Below are positions 1 to 13,095 of a DNA stretch of 64,000 nt, in pieces. Source of the stretch: Squalus acanthias. Lineage: Eukaryota. Every line of letters starts with the position of its first letter. Position 1 is the first letter of the stretch. A program made the translations under genes and the position numbers. The notes below the pieces were generated by a model that saw only the letters and a program-made list of their open reading frames with translations, did not search any database and was not told the origin of the DNA. The stretch spans positions 18,664,001 to 18,728,000 of the forward strand of contig CM059432.1 of assembly GCA_030390025.1 (NCBI GenBank), written 5' to 3'.

Positions 1-1105
1 AGTGCCATTCATACAAAGAGGATCTCAAGTTTAATCCCTCAAATATGTTAAGAGGATTAGATCACTTAGATGTCAGCAGATTATTTATCTAGGACTGAGA
101 ATACAGAACCAGAGGATGTGAGCAAAATTTGAAGCTGCCTCAGCTAGACTATTGAAATGAGAAAGATTCCTCCTCAGGATACTGGATATGTGCACTACAC
201 TCCTGGTATAGGTGTTGCTTAACAATTTAAAAAAAAATTGGATGTTTTTTTCGGAATGGGATTAAGAGTTGTAAGCATAAGTACAGATAGATAGAGATAA
301 TGGCCAGAACTTCCTGGTGTCTTGTGCCATTGGAATGGTGCATCTATGGCGTTGGGTTCATTCTCACGCTCAAAGGTCCCAGGAAATTATGGCGTAAGTG
401 AGTTATGCCGTTATTCACACCGCACCATAATTTCCTGGAACTTTTGCGCCGTTCCACCATTACTCTCGCTGAAACCATAAAAAGTTGGTTTGTCATAGCT
501 CCGCCACCCAATAACGCCCCCCTCCCCCCCCCCCCCCTCCCCACACCATTAAGCTACTGGCTATCCTGAATTTCCTGGATTTACACCAGTTTTCACACCG
601 CAGCCTCTTAGACCGAAAAAATAATGGCGCAGGTGAATGTATTTAAATTCTTGAGATGAAAATAATCGAATAAATTAAAATAAAATCTCTGTTCTTTCTT
701 GATATATTTAATTCTTAGCTAAAACCCATCAAAACACTTCTTCTTTGTTATTGTGTGTTAGGTTTAGTGTACATTGTGTGCATGATGTGGGGCACTGAAG
801 TGTCTGCACTTGCATTGATGAACGTGAACGGGAGAAAAACATTTGTTCAGGCTTGTTTCTGAGTTTGAAATGGTCAGCGCATTTACAGCACTCATCAGGC
901 ATTAGACCCCTCGTTAGCATATGCAAGGGGCCTATCGCCTGTTTAAGGTGACCGACAGGGATGCCTGAATATTGCCCAGGCCAGTATGACATTGGATGTA
1001 ATTCAGGTGCCCTTGGGGCCTAGGGCATCACAGTGCCAAAATGGACCTTTTCTGCCCCCCTTTCGTGCCCAAGAAACGGGCAAACACAAGAAAGAAAGAC
1101 TTGCA

Positions 1106-2459
1106 TTTATATCAGAAAATTTATATTAGAAAATATCAACATGATTAGACAAAGTCAACAAGGATTTATGAAAGGGAAATCGTGTTTGACAAACCTACTG
1201 GAGTTTTTTGAGGATGTAACTGGTAGAATAGATAAGGGAGAACCAGTGGATGTGGTGTATTTGGATTTTCAGAAGGCCTTTGATAAAGTCCCACATAAGA
1301 GGTTAGTGTGCAAAATTAAAGCACATGGGATTGGGGGTAATATACTGGCATGGATTGAAAATTGGTTAACAGACAGGAAACAGAGAGTAGGAATAAATGG
1401 GTCCTTTTCGGGGTGGCAGGCGGTGACGAGTGGGGTACCGCAGGGATCAGTGCTTGGGCCCCAGCTATTCACAATATATATCAATGATTTGGATGAGGGA
1501 ACCAAATGTAATATTTCCAAGTTTGCTGACGACATGAAACTAGGTGGGATTGTAAGTTGTGAGGAGGATGCAAAGAGGCTTCAAGGTGATTTAGACAAGT
1601 TGAGTGAGTGGGCAAATACATGGCAGATGCAGTATAACATGGATAAATGTGAAGTTATCCACTTAGGTAGGAAAAACAGAAAGGCAGAGTATTATTTAAA
1701 TGGTGATAGATTGGGAAATGTTGATGTACAAAGGGACCTGGGTGTCCTTGTACACCAGTCACTGAAAGCAAACATGCAGGTGCAGCAAGCAGTTGGGAAG
1801 GCAAATGGTATGTTAGCCTTCATTGCAAGAGGATTTGAGTACAGGAGCAAGGATGTCTTACTACAGTTATACAGGGCCTTGGTTAGATCACACCTGGAGT
1901 ACTGTGTGCAGTTTTGGTCTCCTTACCTAAGAAAGGATATACTTGCCATAGAGAGAGTGCAGCAATGGTTCACCAGACTGATTCCTGGGATGGCAGGACT
2001 GTCGTATGAGGAGAGATTGGGTCGACTAGGCCTGTATTCACTAGAGTTTAGAAGAATGAGAGGGAATCTCATTGAAATGTATAAAATTCTGACAGGGCTA
2101 GACAGACTGGCTGCAGGGAGGATGTTTCCCCTGGCTGGGTGGTCTAGAACGAGGGGTCACAGTCTCAGGATACAGGGGTAGGACATTTAGGACTGAGACG
2201 AGGAGAAATTTCTTCACTCAGAGGGTGGTGAACCTGTGGAATTCTCTACCACAGAAGGCTGTGGAGGCCAAGTCACTGAATATATTTAAGAAGGAGATAG
2301 ATAGATTTCTAGACACAAAAGGCATCAAGGGGTATGGGGAGAGAGCGGGAATATGGTATTGAGATAGAGGATCAGCCATGATCATATTGAATGGCGGAGC
2401 AGGCTTGAAGGGCCAAATGGCCTACTCCTGCTCCTATGTTTCTATGTTCTATGTTTCTA
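1106..2459 (+). mobile_element. 5'-truncated CR1 LINE (RT domain plus 3' UTR)
   Basis: ORF 1033-2181 contains QGF, LDFQKAFDKVPH, GVPQGSVLGP and KFADD motifs. An extra G near 2175 frameshifts the C-terminus. The 3' tail is (CTATGTTT)n. Confidence 0.95.
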
Positions 2460-2890
2460 TATAGCACCTTTCACAACCACCGGACATCTCAAAGCGCTTT
2501 ACAGCCAATGAAGTACTTTTGAAGTGGAGTCACTGTTGTAATGTGGGAAACGCAGCAGCCAATTTGCACTCAGCAAGCTCCAATGTGATAATGACCAGAT
2601 GATCTGTTTCTGTTATGTTGGTTGAGGGATAAATATTGGCCAGGACACCGGGGATAACTCCTCTACTCTTCTTCGGATAGTGCCATGGGATCTTTTACGT
2701 CCACCTGAGAGAGCAGACAGGGCCTCGGTTTAATGTCTCATCTGAAAGACGGTACCTCCGACAGTGCAGCACTCCCTCAGCACTGCACTGGAGTGTCAGC
2801 CTAGCTTTTTGTGCTTAAGTCCCTGGAGTGGGACCTGAACCCACAACCTTCTGACTCAGAGGTGAGTGTGCTATCCACTGAACCACAGCT
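2460..2890 (-). mobile_element. tRNA-derived Deu-domain SINE (SacSINE1-like); tail remainder at 1088-1105
   Basis: tRNA-like head with A/B boxes on the minus strand. Central GTCGGAGGT.CCGTCTTTCAGATGAGAC...GATCCCATGGCACT segment. L2-type tail split by the CR1. Confidence 0.85.
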
Positions 2891-3621
2891 CCAATTTCAC
2901 CCTCTGTGTGTTTAATCGGAGATTTTTTAGGTAGTCATCTTCTAACGTCATCTTCTAATTAAATGGTTAAAAATAACCTGTAACTTAGAGTGTTTCTGAA
3001 AACTAAATGCAGCAGCTGAGTATGTCCAGAACTCAAACAATTTACTGCAAGTGATCAAGTTCAGCAGGGTGGAAAGGATTTCAAATTCAGAATTCTATGG
3101 CTCAGGTGATGTCAATATTGATCTGCTTAATTAGTTTGTTGATGCAGATGGGGTAAGCCGCTTCTGAGGTCCCTGATCCACCATTATGCTCGCTGCGACG
3201 AATGGATATTACTTTTCCAGGTAAGTTTGCAATGGGAAGATTGGGGCACAAAATGGCGTAATTAATGGCATGCGTCGCCGTTCCAGGAAATTCCGGCCCA
3301 ATTCAAACGTTTTGCGGGATAGGAGTGTTCTTGACCTTCTGGCCATGGAAAATTTAGGGGTAATTATTTAGCTTCATCTCCTGGGCAGTAATCTGGTGGA
3401 AACGGATTATTTGGCCAGTATAGAACCCACCTGATTCTCATCCAATTGAAATCAATGAAGCAAAAATCGGGCAGGTTCTATAAAGAGCGGGTGAGAAAAT
3501 GTATGAAAGGTATAATGAAAGACTGAAAGAGTGGAAGCCAAACAGGAAAACAGAGAGGGAGATCAGCTAGCATAATATATATTGACTATCTGGGTCATGC
3601 CTAGTAAAACGCTGCAATACA

Positions 3622-3696
3622 GTACAATAGCAAAATACTGCGGATGCTGGAAATCTGAAATAACAACCGAAAACACTGGAAACACTCAGCAGCTCT
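3622..3696 (-). mobile_element. 3' fragment of a Penelope-like short element (no ribozyme retained)
   Basis: Matches the 3' part of 14121-14257 (GATGCTGGAAATCTGAAATAA). Flanked by the 11-bp direct repeat GCTGCAATACA (3611-3621, 3697-3707). Confidence 0.75.
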
Positions 3697-4223
3697 GCTG
3701 CAATACAATAGCTGAGCATTTAAATATTTGTTAAAAATTAGTTCTAATTTATAAGATTGAATATGGATTGGTTTTCCCTGGACCTTTTTTCTGGCCAAAA
3801 TATATCTTGCAAACCAGTTGAAGTAGTTTAGCACTGGATTTTGTAGGAGATTGCCTCTTGTGAGATGGTAGTGCAATTTGTCAGGAAGGAGAGGAATGGA
3901 GTGTCTCTGCCTTATTAATGGCATTATTTGTTATTCAGCAGACAGGAAGGATTCATTATTCATTCAATGTAACGCAATTTCTGGAAAGTAACAATACAAT
4001 CGTAACTGTATTTCTTAATAATTACTTCCACTAGCACCGCTGTGACCTAAAGATAGATCAGCTTCTTGAAAAAAGAAAGAAGATGTCAATTATAGTTATC
4101 CCTATTCATATTTAATCTTTGCTTCTGATATTCTAAGCTAAGATTTCTTGTAAACACGTAAACGTTATGACAGATGGAATCAAATACTGTTATCTGATGA
4201 ATTGCCGTTAACTTGAAATACAA

Positions 4224-4948
4224 GAGTCTGGATATTAAAAGGGGCGGATTACTTAAGCAGGGGAGGTGGGGTGAGGTGGAGTTTCAGACGGGAAATGGTC
4301 CAGGTTTCCCCGCATGCTGTAGAGTTTTAACTCCACAATGTGTGTCTTCTGTCATTGACAGGTTCACCGCACAGAAGTCAGCCTGATTGACAGGTTTGGC
4401 TTTCAGTTGGGTGGGAGGACTCTGGAGGAGGCCGCAGAAGCAGATAGGTCTGATCCACAACCTGGGGGGGGGCGCGAGGTGGGGGTCCAATCACCGACCC
4501 CGGGGTTGTGAGGGGGGGTTCAATCTCCAACCCCGGGTTGGGGGGGGGATGGTCCGATCCCAGGAGGCGGTACGATCCCCCAGCCCGGGGGGTCCAATCC
4601 CAGCTTTCTTTGTATGGGGGAGGATCTGATGGCGGGGGATCTTGGGGGCTGGGGGGAAGCACTCCTGCTCTCCTGGCCCACAAGCAATGTTGTAAAGGCA
4701 CTTACCTTCTCCCCGCAGCTGCAGGGTTTCCCGAGGCCTGGGAAACCTGGCTGCCCACTCTAAACCCTGCAAAGCAGGTTAAATCAGAGGCTGCCAGCCC
4801 ACCTCCTGGGAGTGGGTTGGCTGCCCACCCCTTGTCCCCTCTCCGTTAAACTCAGAAGTGGGCGGGTTGGAGGTCGGTTGGTGTCGGGGTTCAGATTTAA
4901 ATCTGACCCGAACTTAACTCACCTGTTTTTGGCTGTTTAATGTCAGCC
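4224..4948. mobile_element. GC-rich non-autonomous Harbinger-like element
   Basis: Degenerate TIRs (..CTGGATATTAAA / TTTAATGTCAGCC), CAA on both flanks, G-rich interior. Confidence 0.45.
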
Positions 4949-5214
4949 CAAGGTTATACTTCAACAAGGTGCAATGTTGTCCACAACTTAGAGATGCCAC
5001 GAGAGGTAAAACTAACATCTCCAGCTGATACCCCTTTAATGGCAAGCGAGCCAGACAGCATACTGGGAATGGAAGTAATGACACCCTTAGGTGCCAACAA
5101 TCATGATCTGATTATATTTAACATGATCTGGAATAAACATACTACAATACTTAGGTATCCAACTTTAAAAAATCCTAAATATAAGACAGTCACCAATAAA
5201 TCCCGTAGGAATTC

Positions 5215-5462
5215 AGGAGGAACTTCTTTGCCCAGAGAGTAGTTAGAATGTGGAACTCGCTACCACAAGAAATAGTTGAGGCAAATAGCATAGATGCATT
5301 AAGGGAAAGCTAGATAAACACATGAGGGAGAAAGGAAAAGAAGGATATGTTGGTAGGGTTAGTTGAAGAGAGGTGGGAGGAGGCTCGTGTGAAGCATAAA
5401 CACCGGCACGGACCAGTTGGGACGAATGGCCTGTTCCTGTGCCATAGACGCGACGTAATTCT
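5215..5462 (+). mobile_element. CR1 3' fragment
   Basis: AACTTCTTT.CCCAGAGAGT.GTTAGAATGTGGAAC...GAATGGCCTGT matches the other CR1 3' ends in the window (32660, 60170). Confidence 0.8.
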
Positions 5463-8023
5463 ACGTGTCCAGCTTCAAAGCAATGTGGACAGAGGACAAT
5501 GCCGTTACAAATGGATAGAATATTGGATTGGACTAAGTGGTAGTCTGTCACAATGGGAGTGTGCTTTGAATGCTGGAAACATCATTTTGGTGCCCAGGGC
5601 ATGTGTTATCATCAATGTCAAACCCATCGGTTATGTTTCTGTGATATTGCATTTCTTTGAAGGAACGGGAGAGCCAAAGTACTACAGTGAACAAGCTAAC
5701 ATTTGTATTGTGAATAATTATGTACAGAGGTACAACATGCTGCTTACAGCAATGCTGAAATTTATTAAACCTGCTGCTATTCAACCTGCTACTGAGCACT
5801 GCGGCTCTTCTGCTGCAGTGACAGATTTTTTTTTAAACTGTTTTACGTATCTTATTTGATCTACAGTCATATAATTGTGTTCTATGTAATGTAAGTTTTA
5901 GGTCTGAAGTAAAAGGTTTCCAGACTAGGAAATTCTTTGTATGCTAGCAATGCGGTGACATTGAGAGATAGATCAGCGAAGGATGACACAGTACAATGGG
6001 ACCCACTATTTACAATTTCATGCTGTTCAGAATCAAACATATTTCACTGTTATTCTGTGCATTTCATGCTGTTAGTAATCCCACATGACTGTACAAGAAA
6101 TTGGAAAAAAGAAAAAGATGATTATTCCTATTGTGAAAATTTGATTTAGGTACTATAATCATGCTTCCTCACTTTATTATTTACAATATAAAATAACAAA
6201 ATGATAAATATGCACCTAAATATTTAAAACACACCCAAAAATCAGAGGCATATCTGAATTGGATTTTCTATAGGCGAGTGTAAAATCTTCCATTTCTATC
6301 AGCCCTTTTACAAAGTCTGCAAGCTTCATAAAAGTTAGAATCTGACGTTTTTCAAAGGAAATCCCCCTTTTCAGCCACATATCATACTATTTCCAGCTGT
6401 ACATTTTAACTGCATTGCTTCTCCTAATGACAGCAGAAGATCAAACACACTATGAAACAAGTTATCCAGAGTTCTGTCCTGTAATTAAAAAGCTTTATTA
6501 AGAGATTTTCTTCACTCTAAAAATATTTCATACGCTACACAGCCACGTGGCAAGAGAGCCCTCAAGTAGAACTAATAATGCATTTTTGGAATCTCTGATC
6601 TTAGGCTCCACTATACCCCATAACAGAGCAAAATTGTGGGTATAAATCAAATGCACATCATGTGCATTTTCAATAGTGCAGATGTTGAGTGTAGGAAGCT
6701 CCTGCTTTTAAGCAGTGGAAGGTTAATTGTATGTTAATGGGATGCGCTGAGAGTGGCAAAAATCAGCAGATACTCCAATAAAGAGTGGGAGTTAATGGGT
6801 TGAATGACCTGCAACATTCTTAATAGTTTGCAGTCATTCTACCCATTAACTCAGTACATAGACATAGTAGTGCATATCATTATAACTCTCTTTATACACA
6901 CCCAATATTTTCAGGTGGAGCCATTCCTGCAATAAAGCCTATCCTTTGGCTTTCAGCTGCCTTTTTTCACCCGAGTCAACTCAGAAGAGTCAGGAGTTGC
7001 CTCAAACCAAGCAGCAGTAGTCACTTTAGGACAGGCCGAACCAGGAGAATCAGGGCGACAACAAAAGTAGAGGAGAAGCAGTAATAGTAGTACGAGAGGG
7101 AGCAACGGTAGGATTGTGAGGGGTGAATATGAAGCAGGACTGGTGGTAGGAACTTGACGTCTATGTCTGGATCTTAGAATAATCAGAGGAAGTGCTCTTT
7201 TATATCTACCATGTTTATGTAGCCAAATGAGCTTGTATTTTCTGCCTTTTTAGAATTGGGGCACGTCCTTCGACATGGTGAGATCTTTGCCTGCCAGAAA
7301 GATGCATACTGACCCTGGCCGATTTTGTGGCTTTGCGGGCGTGTCAAAATTAGCTGTGGCAGCCATGTATATCAGCTACTTCCCCACTAGTTCACCTTCA
7401 GAGGCAATACTTAGGGCAATGGATTATCTATCTCACCTCATCTTGAATATATTAAGTTGCTTGTGTTCCTCAGAGTCAACTTGTTTCTGTTCTCCACAAG
7501 GACCCACGCTGGTGGATTGAGACTCAACCAACACTAACTCCTTCAAGGTTCATGCAATATGTTTTCAGGTGAATCTAAAAGCTTTAGTCACTGTGTTGTG
7601 CTAAATCTAAGAAGAACCTTTATGGTGACCATATTAATGTTTCTATATTTTTTATACTAAGGTGACACTTGACCATTTGGTCGAGTGAATGTCACATCTG
7701 ATGTATATAAAAGTAAGCGTAGAATTAGGGATTAGTAGCACTTACGCTAAAAGGAAGAAAATATTGGTCAGCTATTGAATGATAGAATATTCATGTCTCT
7801 GAATTTCCCCTAAGAATCCTGGTTTTATTGGATACATTTACCAATGAAGAATTTGATTTCAACTCAAGTGGTGTGTTGTGCATTTCATTTCTCAACATCA
7901 CCAGACTCGGACTCATTGCAAATCTCAAAGTAATTACTTGTGACATATTCAGAGAATGATGGACGATTTCCCTATTGGTGTGGTCTTTTGGTAGCTTTTC
8001 TCCTTTCTCTCTATTGCTTACAG

Positions 8024-8082
8024 GACATTGCCTGATAGATGCAACATTTCATATGATTGAAATCTTAATGATGTCAGATAAG
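8024..8082 (+). other. Candidate host exon (59 nt, reading GHCLIDATFHMIEILMMSDK); gene unidentified
   Basis: Strong polypyrimidine acceptor cttttctcctttctctctattgcttacag and donor AAG|gtatct. Only one frame is open. Confidence 0.2.
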
Positions 8083-8253
8083 GTATCTGCAGTGATTTGT
8101 GACACAAGAAAAAGTGGTTTACTTTATTAAGCCTTAATAAATCTATTACTGTGATCTGATTATGCTCACTAATGATAGAAACTGTTAGCATTGATTTCTG
8201 TACACTGTACACGTAAAAAAATTCTAATAAGTAAAAGATATATTATAATTAAT

Positions 8254-9010
8254 GACCTGGATTTTGCAGTCAGCGGTGAACTAATGGTGCCCACCATTCA
8301 TCACGCTGACAGCTGCCCACAAACTTTTTGTGGGCTTTTCAGCGGTTACTTGCTGTCATCGTGCACCTGATACAGCGCGGTGCCCTCTACAGGGGATCTG
8401 TGGCAAGTGTGAGCAGGACAAATAACAGCATGGCTCTTTAACCAATCAGATTGAAGAATCCTCACTGACACACATAAAGTTGAAACCAGGAACTATAAAC
8501 CAGGAAGTATAAATTACACTTAAATCATGTACAAAAAGCAAAATAAAAAGAGGGAAAGAAAGATGGGATTAAGAGAGAGAGAGAGAGAGAAAAGAGACAG
8601 AAAGAAAAAGTAAAACAATTTTTTTTTAAATATCTCCAACAGTAATTAAATTCTGCAGCAATAAGACTCCACACTTGCAAAATTAAATTTTCAGTGCCAG
8701 AGGTTGTTTGGCAGTAATTATGACTTATCACGCCGTTAAAAATCCACTTACATCTGAATTTTTTTGCCATGTTTAGTGGGTAACTAATGGGTAAGTACAG
8801 CAACTTCATGCCCTTACATGGATTTCAATGCCGAGTATATTGGCGAGGTACTGTCATAGCACAGCTTGTGGAGGAGCAGGGTAACTCGGACAGCAACTTC
8901 TGAATTTCCACTGCGCATGTGCGAACTCTGGAAGTTGCTGTCTGATTTACGCCAGAATAACGGTGAGTGCTGTTGGCTTCACTGTTACTCTCAATGCAAA
9001 ATCTGGGCCC
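8254..9010. mobile_element. Harbinger-like MITE, family B
   Basis: TIRs GACCTGGATTTTGCA / TGCAAAATCTGGGCC. The interior is the reverse complement of 43810-44489. Confidence 0.75.
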
Positions 9011-9197
9011 TTATTTCTGAATCATAAAATAAGTGAATGGCTCAGGCAGTTAGCTGACACTTGAAAACGTTATATGAGTCTAGTTATTGGGCCTCAAGCA
9101 TCTTATAAGATCAATCTTGTGGTCTCTTTTAGTCTCCTTGAGATGATGCATGTATTGTAAGAGAGAGACAGGCTGGCACAGTGGATTAGAACACATT

Positions 9198-10020
9198 GGG
9201 CACGATCTTGCCAGCCCTGGGGAGGTGGGTATGGAGGCAGGACTGCCGGGAAAATGGCAGAATTTGGGGGCGGGTGCCCAACCCGTCCCCAACCCGCCTC
9301 CGTGCCATCTTGCCAGGAAGTGGGTCGCCATACCGCACCAGGTCCTGTCTCCTTGGAGGCGGGAAAGGGATTACAGCCACTTAACTGCCTGTTAACAGGT
9401 AGTTAACAGGCAGATAAGAGGATTATCCCCATTTTACCCACAAAAGTGCGGGCTTCCCAAAGACTCCGAACCCCGCCAGGGTCACCGAGGCGAGTAGTGG
9501 GTCTGCGGGGGTCGGAGGGGTCCAAAAGTGCGCTGTGGAGGTGAGTGATGGGTGCAAGTGTGGAGAGGTGAGTATGTGAGGTAAGTGGAAAGTGTTAGAA
9601 AAAGTGTACTTACCTTTGTTTCTTCCTGCAGGCTTCAATCGTTGGGTATGCGGAGTGTCTCGCACCTCCACGACAGAGATGACAAATGGCCGTTGCATTC
9701 TCCAATGCAACAGCCATCTAATTTCTGCAAAAGAAAGAGGGTTGATGAGGTCTTGAATTCAAGAACTCATCAAACTACAGAGAATGTCAGTGTTTGACAG
9801 CTTCACAGAGCTGTCAAACGATGACTATTCATCTGTCAAAAAATTTTGATAGATGAAACGTCATACGTTGACGTTCTCTGTAACCGGCTTTCCCTCAATT
9901 GGCCTGCTAAACCCGCTGGGCGGGCTTAACAAGGTCAATCAAGGGAAAATAGCGTGGGTTGGCCACAAATCGATGGAGGCGGGACAAGCAGTAGTCCCGC
10001 CTCCAATGCAAAATCACCCC
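9198..10020. mobile_element. Non-autonomous Harbinger-like element
   Basis: Degenerate TIRs GGGCACGATCTTGC / GCAAAATCACCCC. Internal hairpin GTTTGACAGCT..AGCTGTCAAAC. Confidence 0.5.
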
Positions 10021-10935
10021 CTATCTTTTCATAGTTAGGAGCTGGTTTTGAATCCAGCTCATACTTATGGGATGAGATGACAATGCAGTAAGAACAATAA
10101 CTTACATTTATATAGCACCAACAAAAATGCACGAAACATTTTTTCCATCTTCTTTCCTTCCGTCTCTGTCTTGCTTTTCCTTCTCTCTCTCAGTTTTCCA
10201 TTTTTCTATCTCTAACTCATTTTTTTTCTTTTTCTGTCATTCCTTTCCTTCTGTATCTATCCTTCTTTCCTCTTTTAATAGATCTTCATTGCTTTCTAGC
10301 TGCCAGAAACTCCCACTGGTCCAAATGTCTTCTATATGGTTCTCACACCTTCCCTAATTCGTTGCAGCTTTTCCTATTTGTTACATTATTTTCTGGTCTC
10401 TTGCCCTTTTTTCAGTAATTGTCCAAACTTTGTTCTCTTACTAAAGTATTGCTTACGGTAATGTATGAAAATTGGATTGTACTCTTATGTTCCGATTTAT
10501 AGCATCTAGGGTTATGTATAAAACGTATTATGACAGAACAAAGTGTACATCAAACAGAAATCACAATGCGGTGAATTCTCTTAGATTACTATCCTTGATA
10601 TTCGGCTGAGGGTTTCGGTGATGTGTGGTTTGACATGAAAAGATGAGCTAATCTTTGTCAAACTGAGCTGTAGAATCTTCTTAGCTCACAGTCCCATCCA
10701 AATTTGGTTTGTAGATATTCAATTCTAAAGGACATTCAATTCTAACATATCAGGTAGAATAAACACTGACTATTTTGTGTGAGTTAGTGTTTAGTTCGTA
10801 GAATGTGATGAGACTGGAAATCTTGCCAATCGTCTTTTATTTCTACCTCATGGCCTATTTCTTTTCCAAATAAAAATGTTATCGGAAAATGAGCCTGCCT
10901 TCTGTTAACAGCTGCAATCGTCCTCACCTCTAAAA

Positions 10936-10950
10936 GCACTAGAGGGCACT
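10936..10950 (+). promoter_or_regulatory. CTCF-like motif in non-repeat DNA
   Basis: GCACTAGAGGGCACT resembles the CTCF core CCACYAGRKGGCRSY. Confidence 0.35.
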
Positions 10951-12008
10951 GCTCTATGCTTGGAAGAGTAATATCATCCTGGATTTTATTCACACTGCCC
11001 TCTGAAAGATTCACTGTGGACAGGGATTGCACTCAGTTTGATATGAATTTGTGTTTGCCTGTTGGATTGATTTACTATCCCATAAAACCACACAATATCC
11101 AAAGAGCACCCTAGGATTCGTACTATCATTATTATTCTGTTTTTCTGATAGGATTCAGCTACTCTCTCCTACATTTGCACAATGTAATAAGATCTTTGGA
11201 GGATTGTAAATTCTACTGGGCCATGTGGTGTGAGCTGTGCACTAACATCAGTTAAAGCCCCTTTTCATGCAACAAAAGCCAGCACAGCTTAAGCTGGTTT
11301 CAAAACCTCCCGGATGCAGCCGCAGACGTTCCGGCTGAAGTGTCATTTAATACCTCGATCCCAAATCCCACTCTCCTCGTTGTTGATAAATTCTTTTGTT
11401 GTCTCCGCACCCGTCCACAGCATCTTTTGAAAGTGCTTTTAAAAGTTTGTAATGCAGCAAATATAAGGGCAGAAGTTGCAAGGCTCTGCCGCCACGATGT
11501 GTCTGAATTCCTGATATTTGCGCCCAGCAGATGAGGATGTTTGATCTCATAACACTGTCCCGATAATATTACATATACCTCTATGAAGAAATGCATTAGT
11601 TTAAGTTATTTTATCTTCTCTGCCAGTGTTGTGTGACCAGCTGCTTAGAGTTTACAGAAGACCAGACTCTCTACTGGCAAGGGTCTGGCCTCTGTGCGGT
11701 GCTTCTCCAAGTGACCCGGCTGAGATCGGAAAATAAACAGTGTGAGGGGAGGAGGTCATGGGTGAATCCCACATCCAACCATTCAAACATATGAACATAT
11801 GAAAACGACAGACAGTAAAAGACCAACTTGTCCGTCGAGCCTGTCCCATATTGTCACGGTGCAATTTAACACAGTGGCCCCTGCCGCCCCTCCCCCCATG
11901 ATGAGATGCACTACATCTATATACAACCATTGCTAAAACGTGAGCTTTCCCCAATAGAGATCTTTTCAGGAACACAGGCATTTCATGTACTAACACCGCT
12001 CTTTACTG

Positions 12009-12100
12009 ACCAAGTGTCACAGACCTGAAACATCTGTTTCTCTCTCCACAGGTGCTGCCTGACCCACTGAGTATTTCCAGCATTTTCAGTTTTTGTTACT
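12009..12100 (+). mobile_element. Penelope-like short element with a degenerate hammerhead
   Basis: CTGACCAAGTGTCACAGACCTGAAACA followed by the family body. 11-bp direct repeat GCTCTTTACTG (11998-12008, 12101-12111). Confidence 0.75.
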
Positions 12101-12652
12101 GCTCTTTACTGCTCTGTTTTGAAAAAATCAGAGCTGACCCAAATCTACACCGTGAAAGCACGAACGTCCCAGACTCAATTCTACTCAGCTTTTTAAAACA
12201 AACCAGTACAGAAGTTAATTTTTGTAGAAAATATGCGAGAATTCAAGCTTACACCAGCCATCTGCTATTGCAATCAAAATAACAAGTTACAGTAGTATCA
12301 CGGTAAATGAAATCTGCACCTGGACAAAGTTGGAGTCACTCTCTGATATTACCTTTTCCAGGTGTAGTTTGAGTATTTGTCTCCTGAATTGCCATCTATA
12401 TTAAAGGTACAGTGGAGAGCGGGCACTTCCTCAATGGGTCAGTGAGCTTCTACAGTGAGTAGCTGAGCCATGCATGTTGTGCAGGCTTAGGGGCTCTCAG
12501 CTGAAGCAGGAGCAGGATCTTAGTAATTGTCTTCAGCACCATGGGTTGGGAGAGATAACTGACCAGGGTTCCTACTGATGATTGCTATCCAGCAACCTCT
12601 GTTGAAGGAGTGTGTGTGTGTGTGTGTGTGCAGGATCAGACTAGTCTATGAT

Positions 12653-13095
12653 ACATAAGAACATAAGGAATAGGAGCAGGAATGGGCCACTTGGCCCCTG
12701 GAGCCTGCTCTGCCATTCAATAAGATCATGGCTGATCTTGGGCTCAAAGCCACTTCCCTGCCCGCTCCCCATAACCCTTCACTCCCTTATCTTGCAAAAA
12801 TCTGTCTACCCCCACCTTAAATGTATTTAATGACCCAGCCTCCACGGCTCTCTGGGGCAGAGAATTCCACAGATTTACGACCCTCTGAGAGAAGAAATTC
12901 CTCCTCATCTCAGTTCTAAAAGGGCGACCCTTTATTCTGAAACTGTGCCCCCGAGTTCTAGATTTCCCCACGAGGGGAAACATCCTCTCTGCATCTACCT
13001 TGTCGAGCCCCCTCAGTATCTTATACGTTTCAATAAGATCACCTCTCATTCTTCTAAATTCCAATGAGTATAGGCCCAACCTGCTCAACCTTTCT
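12653..13095 (-). mobile_element. CR1 3' fragment
   Basis: ORF 12744-13103 RLGLYSLEFRRMRGDLIETYKIL...; (TTCTTATG)n tail. Confidence 0.93.

Larger units (their letters stand above)
302..3299. mobile_element. Non-autonomous PIF/Harbinger-like DNA element, interrupted by a SINE and a CR1
   Basis: Imperfect terminal inverted repeats (TIRs): (t)GGCCAGAACTTCCTGG at ~301 versus CCAGGAAATTCCGGCCC ending at 3299. AAT lies on both flanks. Confidence 0.6.

Noticed and set aside
1033..2181. 382-aa RT ORF as a functional or domesticated gene
   Set aside because: It is a 5'-truncated CR1. The start lies in unrelated flanking repeats, there is no endonuclease, and the C-terminus is frameshifted.
5347..5859. 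170-aa ORF
   Set aside because: It begins in a CR1 3' UTR and matches no recognisable protein family.
7470..7540. SNF2 helicase-like LFSTRTHAGGLRLN
   Set aside because: Spacing differs from STRAGGLG, a stop follows immediately, and no other helicase motifs are present.
11300..11596. 98-aa minus-strand ORF as a terminal exon
   Set aside because: No recognisable homology and no linkable upstream exon. It also overlaps an equally plausible plus-strand candidate.
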